A DNA stretch of 22,979 nt from Clostridia bacterium (GTDB lineage: Bacteria; Bacillota; Clostridia; Christensenellales; Aristaeellaceae), in the NCBI GenBank assembly GCA_024404275.1, contig JAKSQG010000008.1:1-22979 (forward strand), written 5' to 3'. The position numbers and the translations under genes were made by a program. Below the pieces are notes generated by a model. It ran no database searches, was not told the DNA's origin, and saw nothing but the letters and a program-made list of their open reading frames with translations. This document shows, piece by piece, positions 8,613-17,231 of the stretch. Within the stretch, counting starts at the first letter, position 1; the number at the start of each line of letters is the position of its first letter.

Positions 8613-8633
8613 GTCAAGAAAGGAGAAAATCAA

Positions 8634-9590
8634 ATGATGCTCGATCCCATTTTGATGCTTCCCGCTTTCCGTTACGGTGCGATGACCCCCTGGGGTGGAC
8701 GCGGACTGGAAAAGATCGGCAAGACGATCCCCGATGAGCGTACGGGTGAAAGCTTGGAGGTATCCGTGCTTCCCGGACTGGAAAGCCGTACCGTGAAGGG
8801 CGAAACGCTGACCGAGCTGCTGCAGCGTTATGGTACTGCGCTGCGGGGCGAAAAGGTGAGCGAGACCTTTCCGCTGCTGCTGAAGTTTATTTCCTCCGAA
8901 GAGAGCCTGTCTGTGCAGGTGCATCCCGATGATGCATATGCCGGAAAATATGAAAACGGCAAGCTGGGCAAGACGGAAGCATGGGTCATTCTGGATTGCT
9001 GTGAGGGCGCGCAGATCGTGTTCGGCACTGCTCCGGGCATGACCCGCGAGAAGCTGACAGAAGCCTGCGCCAAGGGCGGCGAAACGCTGCGCAGCAGTCT
9101 GCGTTTTGTGGATGTCAAGCCGGGTGATGTGTATTTTATTCCTGCCGGCATGCTGCATGCCATCGGTGCGGGCATTACGCTGATGGAGATTCAGCAGAGC
9201 AGCGATGTGACCTATCGCTTCTACGATTGGGACCGTGTGGATAAAAACGGCAAGCCGCGTGAGCTGCACATCAAGAAGGGTCTGGATGTGACAGCACTGG
9301 ATCTTTGCAGTGAGGCGACACAGGCGGAAGAAAAGGACGGCGTGGCGACTTATATCAACGAAAAGGCTTTTTCGCTGGATAAATGGTTTGTGCGAGGCGA
9401 GAAGCAGCTTTCCGCAACGCCGGAAGCTTTCCGCATTCTGTGCCCGATGCAGCCGATGCGCCTGGAGTGGGCGGATGGTGCGCTGGATCTGAAGCTGGGT
9501 GACAGCGTGCTGCTGCCTGCCATGATGAAGGATGCCGTGCTGAAGGGCGAAGGAGCAGCTTGGGTAATGAGCCCCGGGGCGGAAGCATGA
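8634..9590 (+). CDS. manA: Mannose-6-phosphate isomerase, class I (cupin type)
   Basis: SVQVHPDD, KTEAWVIL and FIPAGMLHAIGAG. Start moved to the ATG at 8634 (AGGAGA RBS, just after the jag terminator). Stop TGA. Confidence 0.85.
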   Translation: MMLDPILMLPAFRYGAMTPWGGRGLEKIGKTIPDERTGESLEVSVLPGLESRTVKGETLTELLQRYGTALRGEKVSETFPLLLKFISSEESLSVQVHPDDAYAGKYENGKLGKTEAWVILDCCEGAQIVFGTAPGMTREKLTEACAKGGETLRSSLRFVDVKPGDVYFIPAGMLHAIGAGITLMEIQQSSDVTYRFYDWDRVDKNGKPRELHIKKGLDVTALDLCSEATQAEEKDGVATYINEKAFSLDKWFVRGEKQLSATPEAFRILCPMQPMRLEWADGALDLKLGDSVLLPAMMKDAVLKGEGAAWVMSPGAEA

Positions 9591-10600
9591 TTCGGCTGGC
9601 GTTTGTAGGCTCCAGCTTTATTGCCGACCGGCTGATGAACGGCCTCAAGCTGGTGGAGGGCTGGCAGCTGACGGCCTGTTATTCCCGCGATGCCGTCCGC
9701 GCGGCGGAAAACGCCGTTCGATGGGGAGCAGAACACTCCTATGGTGACTGGGAAGCCTTCTGTAAAGCCGATTGCTATGACGCCGCGTATGTGGCGACGC
9801 CCAACATCTGCCATTTTGAGCAGACGCGGGACCTGCTGTGCAGCGGCAAGCATGTGCTGCTGGAAAAGCCTGCGACGCTGACGGCGGCGGAGTTTGCCGA
9901 GCTGATGAAAACGGCAGAGCAGCATGGCGTTTGCCTGATGGAGGCCATGCGCCCCATGCATCTGCCCGACCTTCCGCTGATCGAAGCTGCGATGGAGCGG
10001 CTTGGCGTGATTCGCTATGCTGATTTTCCGTATTGCCAGTATTCTTCCCGTTACGATAAATACCGTGTGGGCATTGTGGAAAACGCCTTCAAGCCCGAAT
10101 TGGCAGGCGGTGCGCTGATGGATATTGGCTGTTATGCGGTCAGTTGGATGGAGCGGCTGCTGGGGATGCCCAAAACGCTCCGGGCAGATACCATCTATCT
10201 GCCCGGCGGCATTGACGCGGTGACCACGCTGATGGCAGCCTATGAGAATTGCATCGCGGTGGTCAGCGGCTCCAAGGTGCATCAGAGTATCCGCCCCTGT
10301 GTGATCGAGGGGGAAAAGGGCACCCTGACGCTGTCACCCTTCCCGATGCCAAACAAGATGCGTCTGGAGCTGCGGGACGGCACGGTGGAAGAACAGCCCA
10401 TCCGCTGCTGTGCGGCAGATATGTGCTATGAAGCGGAGGATTTTCTGGCCCTGTGCCGTGGTGAACGGGATGGTGCGGACGACCTGCGTCATTCGCTCCA
10501 TGTTATGCGCCTGATGGATGAAGCCAGAAGGCAGACCGGCATTGATTTTACCCGGGAGCAATCCGAAAAAGCACACAGGGAGGAAATGCTATGGCGGTAA
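9587..10600 (+). CDS. Gfo/Idh/MocA family oxidoreductase
   Basis: Rossmann N-terminus MIRLAFVGSSFIA and ...GKHVLLEKP. The ATG overlaps the manA stop (ATGA). An alternative TTG start at 9560 with AAGGAG 4 nt upstream cannot be excluded. Stop TAA. Confidence 0.85.
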   Translation: MIRLAFVGSSFIADRLMNGLKLVEGWQLTACYSRDAVRAAENAVRWGAEHSYGDWEAFCKADCYDAAYVATPNICHFEQTRDLLCSGKHVLLEKPATLTAAEFAELMKTAEQHGVCLMEAMRPMHLPDLPLIEAAMERLGVIRYADFPYCQYSSRYDKYRVGIVENAFKPELAGGALMDIGCYAVSWMERLLGMPKTLRADTIYLPGGIDAVTTLMAAYENCIAVVSGSKVHQSIRPCVIEGEKGTLTLSPFPMPNKMRLELRDGTVEEQPIRCCAADMCYEAEDFLALCRGERDGADDLRHSLHVMRLMDEARRQTGIDFTREQSEKAHREEMLWR

Positions 10601-10914
10601 CAGTCTATCACAAGCTGGTACGGGACCGCATCCCGGAAGTCATTGCGGCGGCGGGAAAGACCTGCGTGACCGAAGTGCTGCCGCAGGAAACATATATCGA
10701 GATGCTGGATGCCAAGCTGAATGAAGAGCTGGCGGAGTATCAGGAAAGCAAATCGATGGAAGAATTGGCCGACCTGCTGGAAGTGGTGCGGGCGGTGGCT
10801 GCCGCAAGGGGAAGCTCCATCGAAGAGGTGGAAAAGATCCGCTGCGAAAAGGCTGCAGCCCGCGGCGGGTTTGAAAAGCGCCTGCTGCTGACCGAGGTAC
10901 GGGACGAAACGTGA
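10591..10914 (+). CDS. MazG-like all-alpha NTP pyrophosphohydrolase family protein (PRA-PH-like)
   Basis: YHKLVRDRIPEVI...EELAEYQES...EELADLLEVV, typical of small house-cleaning NTP-PPases. GGGAGG RBS. Overlaps the upstream stop by 10 nt. Stop TGA. Confidence 0.75.
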   Translation: MAVTVYHKLVRDRIPEVIAAAGKTCVTEVLPQETYIEMLDAKLNEELAEYQESKSMEELADLLEVVRAVAAARGSSIEEVEKIRCEKAAARGGFEKRLLLTEVRDET

Positions 10915-10931
10915 TCACAAGGGAGAAAAGG

Positions 10932-11639
10932 ATGCGCGTACTGGATATCGATCTGGATTTTTTCCTGGCAGATTGCTGCCCGTTGGCAGACGAGGGACAG
11001 CGTCCTGAACTGCAAGGGCATGAACCATGGGAAGAGGCGGAGGTCATTCGCTTCCTCGAGGAGCATTGCGGATTGAACGCCGAAGCACCTATTCCGGGGC
11101 GTGTGTTTGAGACGCATGACGAGGCGCTGCTGTTCTGGGAGGAACAGATAGCAAAAGGTACGCTGACACCGCCCTTCCACGTGACGCATGTGGATGCGCA
11201 CAGTGACCTTGGCATCGGCTATCCCGGTCCCGGTTTTGTGCTGTACAATGTGCTGTCCATGAAGCCGGAAAAGCGCTTGAATCTGCAGGCATTTTATGAC
11301 CAGTGCAAGCTGGACGAAGCAAACTATTTGTTGTTTGCTCTTGCCATGCGCAGGGTTTCATCACTGGACAACGTGCGTAACCCGAAGTCCCGCCCGGACA
11401 TTCCCAAGGAGCTTCTGAATGCGGATGGGGATATCCAAATGCAAAGCCTGACCTCACGCATGTTTGAAAAGCAGAACGGTCCCGAACCGGTCATCCCCTT
11501 CAGTGTCTATGATGACTGGAAAAGCTTTCATGCGCGGGAGCCTTATGACTTTGTCACACTGGCCATTTCACCCCGCTACGCGCCGCGGGAAGCGGACGCG
11601 CTGGCACCGGTTATCGAACGCTATATCAAAAAAATATGA
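10932..11639 (+). CDS. UPF0489 family protein
   Basis: N-terminal RVLDIDLDFF and HVDAHSDLG resemble the UPF0489 family as I remember it. The ATG at 10932 with a GGGAG RBS is preferred over the GTG at 10911. Stop TGA. Confidence 0.7.
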   Translation: MRVLDIDLDFFLADCCPLADEGQRPELQGHEPWEEAEVIRFLEEHCGLNAEAPIPGRVFETHDEALLFWEEQIAKGTLTPPFHVTHVDAHSDLGIGYPGPGFVLYNVLSMKPEKRLNLQAFYDQCKLDEANYLLFALAMRRVSSLDNVRNPKSRPDIPKELLNADGDIQMQSLTSRMFEKQNGPEPVIPFSVYDDWKSFHAREPYDFVTLAISPRYAPREADALAPVIERYIKKI

Positions 11640-11644
11640 TAAAA

Positions 11645-11680
11645 CAAAGCCTCTGCAATGATCTGCAGGGGCTTTGCTGT
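11645..11680 (+). terminator. Candidate terminator after the UPF0489 gene
   Basis: 13-bp stem caaagcctctgca / tgcaggggctttg (one G-U pair), 6-nt loop, weak T-run. Confidence 0.5.
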
Positions 11681-11699
11681 ATGAAAGTCAATACGGGAC

Positions 11700-11729
11700 A
11701 AAAAAAGAGGCGGGCAATGTGCCCGCCTC
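11700..11729 (-). terminator. Rho-independent terminator for the minus-strand gene 11741..13099
   Basis: gaggcgggc aatgt gcccgcctc. On the minus strand the stem is followed by TTTTTTT (A-run 11700-11706). Confidence 0.85.
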
Positions 11730-11740
11730 AAATAGGTTGA

Positions 11741-13099
11741 TTATTCGCCCATCAGGGAGTTGATCAGCACGGTCATGGCTTCGGGAGCAACGTTGCCGAT
11801 GGCACCAATCAGGGTGAAGATGTTGTTCTGGATATCCGCCATCACGGCCTGATATGCTTCGGAACTTTCATCCGCCAGATCTTCAATGTTCACAACGGTC
11901 AAGCCGCTCAGGTCAACGCCCTCCGCGGTGGCTTCGGTTTCGCTGCAGCTCATATACACGGTGACGATATCCATGCCCATCGCGGGATCGACGGTCAGAG
12001 CCATCTCAACGCCGTTTTCGTTGGGAACGAGGCTGCAGGTGGACTTGATGACATCGCCGGCAGTATACAGGTAAGCCGCGGCGCCCACAGTGCCGCCCAT
12101 GCTGGCGGACTCGATGTGGAAGTAGATGTCGCTCAGGTTGCTGCCGCTGGCGATGGCGGTAACGGCAGCATTCCAGTCGCCGCTGTACTGCGCCATGGTA
12201 TCGGTTACGATATCCAGCGAGATGGCGGCGTCCTCACCGCTCTCCATGACCTCAACGGTTACATACAGGGTATCGGTAGACAGGGCAATGGCGTTGTCGC
12301 CTTCGGACTCATAGGTGCTTACAACGGCCAGCAGCTGGTTTTCTTCGGCAGGAGCGGCTTCGAACTCCGCCAGCAGCATGGGCAGCACGTCTTCGGCGGT
12401 GAGGGTCACACCGGCCTGGGCGCTGATCTCATCCAGCAGCATCTGCATGACGGGGGCCAGCAGTTCATCGCTGAAGGCACGGGTCAGCACGGCGGCAGCC
12501 ATGGCGTTGATATCGTTGGAGGTGATGTAGTAGCTGGTGACGTTGCCTTCCTGTTCAGAGACCATGTTTTCCAGCACGGCGGCGATATCGCTCACGTAGC
12601 CCATCACGTCCAGCATGATGGCACCCATCAGCTCTTCATCGCCCAGCACGCTCTCGATGGAACTGAAGAAAGCTTCGGGGTCAACGGATTCATCGTTTAC
12701 AGTGGTGGTCACGCCAAGAGTGGTGTAGATATTATCCATATCCAGCTTGATGGCATAGGAGGGGAAGAGGGAGCTGACGAGGTAGATATCCTCGCCTTCC
12801 ATGGCGCCGGCAAGGCTCAGTACGGGGGCTACGCTGCCGTTGCCGTCATCCAGACCAATCAGCACGGTACCGGCGGTTTCGCTGACATTGACGGACAGGA
12901 CGGCCTTTTCCACCAGGGTCAGCAGCGCGGCGGTCAGCTTGGCTTCGGCATTGGCTTCCGCATCGTCGAGGGCGGGCAGGTCTGCCAGCAGGGCGTCGTT
13001 GATATCCACACGCAGTACCATCTGCTGCGTTTCAGCCAGACCGCTTACGCAGGACAGAAGCATCAGCAGGGACAGAAGAATGGCAATTGTCTTTTTCAT
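11741..13099 (-). CDS. Secreted or lipid-anchored acidic protein of unknown function
   Basis: 452-aa ORF. Signal peptide MKKTIAILLSLLMLLSC with a possible lipobox LLSC. Acidic, Ala/Val/Thr-rich. Has its own promoter and terminator. Stop TAA. Confidence 0.8.
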   Translation of the reverse strand: MKKTIAILLSLLMLLSCVSGLAETQQMVLRVDINDALLADLPALDDAEANAEAKLTAALLTLVEKAVLSVNVSETAGTVLIGLDDGNGSVAPVLSLAGAMEGEDIYLVSSLFPSYAIKLDMDNIYTTLGVTTTVNDESVDPEAFFSSIESVLGDEELMGAIMLDVMGYVSDIAAVLENMVSEQEGNVTSYYITSNDINAMAAAVLTRAFSDELLAPVMQMLLDEISAQAGVTLTAEDVLPMLLAEFEAAPAEENQLLAVVSTYESEGDNAIALSTDTLYVTVEVMESGEDAAISLDIVTDTMAQYSGDWNAAVTAIASGSNLSDIYFHIESASMGGTVGAAAYLYTAGDVIKSTCSLVPNENGVEMALTVDPAMGMDIVTVYMSCSETEATAEGVDLSGLTVVNIEDLADESSEAYQAVMADIQNNIFTLIGAIGNVAPEAMTVLINSLMGE

Positions 13100-13134
13100 G
13101 TGAGCAGGTTTCCTTTCATTATTTTATTGACTGT

Positions 13135-13163
13135 ATTATAACACAAAAGGCGTGGGCCTTCAA
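13135..13163 (-). promoter_or_regulatory. SigA-type promoter for 11741..13099 (TTGAAG, 17 nt, TGn-TATAAT)
   Basis: On the minus strand: TTGAAG (13163-13158), 17-nt spacer, tgtTATAAT (-10 at 13140-13135). Confidence 0.6.
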
Positions 13164-13167
13164 CCTG

Positions 13168-14595
13168 TCAATTGAGGCATCCGATCAGGCGGGCGAGGAT
13201 TTCGGACATGACGGACTGCAGCTCTTCGGCATTCATGCTGTCCAGCACCCGCGCAGAAGAATCTGCTTTTTGCAGGTTGATGGGGGCCCCTGTACGAGAG
13301 CTGTAGTACAGCGTGATGTCGGTGCCGCCTGTCAGGTCCTGCCACATGAGACTGCCTTCCAGATAGGAGGGACGGTCGTCAAACTCGCCCAGCGGCCAGG
13401 CGTGGGCGCACAGGTTGACGGTCAGCAGCTGGGCGTGAAAATCGCTTTGCTCATCGGGCTGCAGCACCAGCACCAGCATGGCATCCTGACGGCGGGCGTA
13501 GCGGGTATCTTCCTCTGATACGACCAGGCCGCCGAAGCTGCCGCTCAGGGCGAAGGTGCCGCCGGAGTGTCCGCCATCGGTGCTGTCGGAGGAAAAGCTG
13601 CCGCTCAGCGCCAGACTGTCGGCCTGCTCATTGTCAAAACGGATCGCGGTCACGCGCTCGGGGGTGGTCAGGAGCACTTCGGTATGGGGGAGGGCGGTGA
13701 GGTTGCGTGTGGTGATCAGCACGGAGATATTGCCCGCAAACGGCAAAAAAAGCTCCCAGGAATCCATATAGCCCGAGGAGTCATAGTCTCTTCGCAGCGT
13801 CAGGGGGGCGGTCATGCCGCTGTTGTACAGTGCGGACATCAGCACAGGCAGCATACCGGGCGTCAGGAAGGCGTCTTTTTCCGCTTCGGTCAGGGAAGCT
13901 CCCAGCGCTGTCATCAGCGCTTCGTCGGCATAGAGCTTGCTCAGCAGCCGCACAGCCATGGAAGAAAGCGCGTCGGGGGCAATGACGGAATCGGCACGCA
14001 TCGAGTAGGTTCCGTTTTCGGCACGGATGACGCTGATCTGCGTGTAACCGGCAAGCCATTCGGAAATATCGGCGTAATAAGGGCTGAGCAGGTTTTCCGG
14101 CAAGCCGTCCGCGGTAACGTTTATCAGCGCGTGGATCAGCGAGGGCCAGCTTTCTCCCTGCAAGGCATAGAGCATATCCCACACGCCGTTCTCTCCGCGC
14201 GGCAGGCTGAGCGCGCTGCCTTCGGTCAGACCGGAAAGAATGGTGCGGTCGCCGATGCCGGTGGCAACAGCGGTCAAAAGGTCGGTCTCTTTTTCTGTCA
14301 GTGTCAGACGGAGCTGGGATTGCCCGAAGGTGGCTTTGGCGCGGGAGAGAACATAGGAGCCGGACAGCTTCAGACCGGCGGATTTTTGCTTGAGCAGCCC
14401 CCACATCTCGGGGTCCATGCCAAAGGGGGCGGCGCCGCCCAGGGTAGCGGTACATTCAAAATGATAGGTGGAGTTGGCGTGGATCTGCCGCCTGATCAGG
14501 GCATAAACATCATAATCCGGTACCTCGGCGTGAGCGGGAAGGATCAGCCCCGGCAGCAACAGCAGGCACAGGAACAGGGAAAAGCATTTTTTCAT
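13168..14595 (-). CDS. Secreted protein of unknown function
   Basis: The ORF-track ORF is trimmed to the ATG at 14595, with GGAGGA upstream. Signal peptide MKKCFSLFLCLLLLPGLILPAHA/EV. 475 aa. Stop TGA. Confidence 0.8.
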   Translation of the reverse strand: MKKCFSLFLCLLLLPGLILPAHAEVPDYDVYALIRRQIHANSTYHFECTATLGGAAPFGMDPEMWGLLKQKSAGLKLSGSYVLSRAKATFGQSQLRLTLTEKETDLLTAVATGIGDRTILSGLTEGSALSLPRGENGVWDMLYALQGESWPSLIHALINVTADGLPENLLSPYYADISEWLAGYTQISVIRAENGTYSMRADSVIAPDALSSMAVRLLSKLYADEALMTALGASLTEAEKDAFLTPGMLPVLMSALYNSGMTAPLTLRRDYDSSGYMDSWELFLPFAGNISVLITTRNLTALPHTEVLLTTPERVTAIRFDNEQADSLALSGSFSSDSTDGGHSGGTFALSGSFGGLVVSEEDTRYARRQDAMLVLVLQPDEQSDFHAQLLTVNLCAHAWPLGEFDDRPSYLEGSLMWQDLTGGTDITLYYSSRTGAPINLQKADSSARVLDSMNAEELQSVMSEILARLIGCLN

Positions 14596-14644
14596 CGGGT
14601 TCTTTCCTCCGCAAGCGGCGGTTATATCACCGCTGTGCCTTTCT

Positions 14645-14673
14645 ATTATATATGAAAGCCGCGGTTTTGAAAA
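14645..14673 (-). promoter_or_regulatory. Candidate promoter for 13168..14595 (TTTTCA, 17 nt, TATAAT)
   Basis: On the minus strand: TATAAT at 14650-14645, -35-like TTTTCA at 14673-14668. Confidence 0.4.
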
Positions 14674-14709
14674 GACCTTGACCGCCTCTCCGCTCCCTTC
14701 CCGCTTGCC

Positions 14710-14738
14710 TTGACAGTTGTGCGCGGATGTACTAAAAT
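14710..14738 (+). promoter_or_regulatory. SigA-type promoter for the VanW gene (TTGACA, 17 nt, TAAAAT)
   Basis: TTGACA at 14710-14715, 17-nt spacer, TAAAAT at 14733-14738. About 35 nt upstream of the ATG. Confidence 0.65.
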
Positions 14739-14774
14739 ATACTATGGTATATTGGTGGCAAAGGAGAACGTTGT

Positions 14775-16508
14775 ATGCAGTCAGAACCCGAAAGATTCCG
14801 CCGCTCCGCGCAGGGAGCCGGTCAGCGCCGTCCGCAGTATCCGGATGAGGCGCCTTCTTCGGGTGCGCAGAATTCTCCCGCCTATCCCGGACAGAATTAT
14901 GGCCCTCAGGGCGGCTACGGCACCTATCGTGCGCCCGAGCAGGGCAATTACGGCTACAGGGATTATCGGTCTGACATGCCCGAGCCCCGCGGCCGCCGCT
15001 CCGGCGGAGACAAAGAGAGACGCTCCCATGACAAAAAGGGGCATCCCATCGTTTGGCTGCTGGTATGCATCGTCTGTATCGTACTGCTGCTGGTCGGCTG
15101 GCTGAATGTACAGGCACTTTCCACGGTGTATACGCCCGCATTCAATCAGAAGATGACCTATCTGGCAGGGAATACCTTTTATAACGGCGTGCATGTGGAC
15201 GGCATCCACATCGGCGGCATGACCTATGATGAGGCGCATGCCGTGCTGTCCCAGAACGCGGCGTATTCCAACCAGTTTTTCTCGCTGGCGGTCACCATTG
15301 ACGGCATGACCTGGCACATTACGCAAAATGAGCTGCCCCTTGAGCGCAACATTGACGCGATGCTGGAGGAGGCCATGAGCATCGGCCGTCAGAGCGATTC
15401 CGCCACGGTATACTCCGGCCTGACGCCCTTTGAACAGCGCTATCAGCAGATGTGGGCGGCCAACCAGAACGGCGCTTACCTCAACACTTCCATCACTTAT
15501 GACAAGGCGACGCTGCGCTCCCTGTGCGAGACGCTCTCTTCCCGCGTGGGCACGCATCCGGAAGACGCCATGATCTATTCGTTTGATTTCAAGACCCGCT
15601 CTTTTACCTTCCAGAGCGAAAAGCTGGGCACCGCCCTTTCGGCGGAGGAAATCTACAACGCCGTGGCTCCGCAGCTGGACGCCCATAACTATAATGCTTC
15701 CGTCAGCCTGCAGACGCACCCGATCGAGCCCGCGGTGACGGTGGCTTCCCTGCAAAGCTCTTACGGCCTGATTGGCACCTATACGACCTCGACCGAGGGC
15801 CTGACCGGCTATAACCGTACCAAAAACATTGAACTGGCCTGCGCCGCCATCAGCGGAACGGTGGTGCGGAGCGGTGAGACCTTCTCCTTCAATAATGCCA
15901 CCGGCATGCGTACCGTGGATAAGGGTTATCTGCCCGCCGGCGCCATCGCGCAGGGCGCCAGCATTGAAGAGGTTGGCGGCGGTGTGTGTCAGGTGTCTTC
16001 GACCCTGTTCAATGCCGTGGCGCTGGCTGGTATGGAGATCGTATATTCTTCGCCCCATGCCTGGCCCAGCAGCTATGTAGAGCCCGGACGTGACGCCACC
16101 GTGGACTGGCAGTACGGTCAGACGCTGGCCAAATCGCTGGACTTCAAGTTCAAAAACAATTCCAATTTCCCGCTCTATATCGTCGCCTATCTGGATTCGT
16201 CCAGCAACTACAACAAGACACGAAAGGTGACCGTGGAGGTGTACGGCGCTTCTTTGGGACAGGGCGTGACCGTCAAGCTGATCACCGATTGCTATGAATA
16301 TACGCCGGCACCGGCGGAGCCGAGGCTGACCTATGATCCCACGATGGAGTATGGCACCGAGACTGTGGTGGTCAAGGCGCGCGACGGTTATAAGTATCAC
16401 ACCTACCGTGTATATTATTACAACGGTACCGAGACCAAGCGTGAGCTGCTGCGCAACTCCACCTACAGGGTCTATCAGCAGGAGATCAAGTACAACGGCA
16501 CGCGCTGA
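14775..16508 (+). CDS. VanW family protein: disordered N-terminal tail, one TM helix, C-terminal G5-like domain
   Basis: AAGGAG RBS. P/G/Y/Q-rich N-terminus. TM helix IVWLLVCIVCIVLLLVGWL. VanW core GGGVCQVSSTLFNAVALAGMEIVYSSPH. C-terminus TYDPTMEYGTETVVVKARDGYKYHTYRVYYYNG. Stop TGA. Confidence 0.88.
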   Translation: MQSEPERFRRSAQGAGQRRPQYPDEAPSSGAQNSPAYPGQNYGPQGGYGTYRAPEQGNYGYRDYRSDMPEPRGRRSGGDKERRSHDKKGHPIVWLLVCIVCIVLLLVGWLNVQALSTVYTPAFNQKMTYLAGNTFYNGVHVDGIHIGGMTYDEAHAVLSQNAAYSNQFFSLAVTIDGMTWHITQNELPLERNIDAMLEEAMSIGRQSDSATVYSGLTPFEQRYQQMWAANQNGAYLNTSITYDKATLRSLCETLSSRVGTHPEDAMIYSFDFKTRSFTFQSEKLGTALSAEEIYNAVAPQLDAHNYNASVSLQTHPIEPAVTVASLQSSYGLIGTYTTSTEGLTGYNRTKNIELACAAISGTVVRSGETFSFNNATGMRTVDKGYLPAGAIAQGASIEEVGGGVCQVSSTLFNAVALAGMEIVYSSPHAWPSSYVEPGRDATVDWQYGQTLAKSLDFKFKNNSNFPLYIVAYLDSSSNYNKTRKVTVEVYGASLGQGVTVKLITDCYEYTPAPAEPRLTYDPTMEYGTETVVVKARDGYKYHTYRVYYYNGTETKRELLRNSTYRVYQQEIKYNGTR

Positions 16509-16520
16509 GGAGGAGACCGT

Positions 16521-17231
16521 ATGCGAAAAGGCGAATTGCGCCGTCAGGCGCTGCTGGACGTGGCGCGGCAGCTGTTTTATGAAAAAGGCTACCGCGAGAC
16601 TTCGGTGGATGATATCCTGCAGGCGCAGGGCTGCAGCAAGGGCAGCTTTTATCACTGCTTTGATACTAAACTGGATGTGCTGACCGCCATCAGCGAGGAA
16701 AAAGCCGCGGAATGGTTTGATCTGTACTGCAAGACGCCGTGTGCCACCTCGCTGGACCGGCTGAACGCGCTGCTTTATTGCATGCATCCCTTCCGGCAAA
16801 GGGAAGAGCAGTTTTTATCCACTCTGCTGGAGCTGCGCTCCCGATAGGAAAGCGCGGCTGTGGAGGGGGCGCTGCGGGATGCGGAACGCAGACTGTTCAA
16901 GTCCGAAATGGAAAAGATCGTCATGATGCTGTGCGCTTCGGATACGGCGCGTGTGGCGCGCACAAGGCTGGACGCGTTGGTGTTTGAAGCCTTTACCGCG
17001 TTTTATGATGAGATGCTGCTGACCATTGACCTGTGCCGCAAGGACCCGGAAGAGGTGTATTCTCTGCTGCCGCCGGTCATTGATTCCGCACGTTTTTTGT
17101 GGGAGCGTGTGCTTGACCTGCCCTACGGACGATTGGAGATCGTGCGGCCCGAGGAAGCATTGCCCCTGATTTATCGTTTGCTGACAACCGGCACCGACGC
17201 CGGTCAAAACACGGAGGTAACCGAATCATGA
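16521..17231 (+). CDS. TetR/AcrR family transcriptional regulator, full length (236 codons) only if one in-frame TAG is read through
   Basis: HTH motif GYRETSVDDILQAQGCSKGSFYHCFDTKLDVL. ORFs 16521..16847 and 16860..17231 share one frame, separated only by TAG at 16845 plus 4 sense codons. GGAGGAG RBS. Stop TGA overlaps the next ATG. Confidence 0.85.
16845..16847 (+). other. In-frame TAG codon in the tetR-family gene (context tcc cga TAG gaa agc)
   Basis: 16845-16521=324, divisible by 3. Protein context LELRSR*ESAAVEGAL. Confidence 0.9.

Noticed and set aside
6306-8617. Two long minus-strand ORFs (531 and 505 aa) antisense to yidD, yidC and jag
   Set aside because: Same reasoning. The plus-strand genes are strongly conserved and translationally coupled. 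The antisense products are low-complexity.
12116-14655. Plus-strand ORFs (341 and 362 aa) antisense to the two secreted-protein genes
   Set aside because: Gly/His/Gln-rich low-complexity translations with no RBS. The minus-strand genes have signal peptides, RBSs, promoters and a terminator.
14781-16799. 672-aa minus-strand ORF antisense to the VanW and tetR-family genes
   Set aside because: Shadow ORF. The plus-strand VanW core and TetR HTH motifs are clear.
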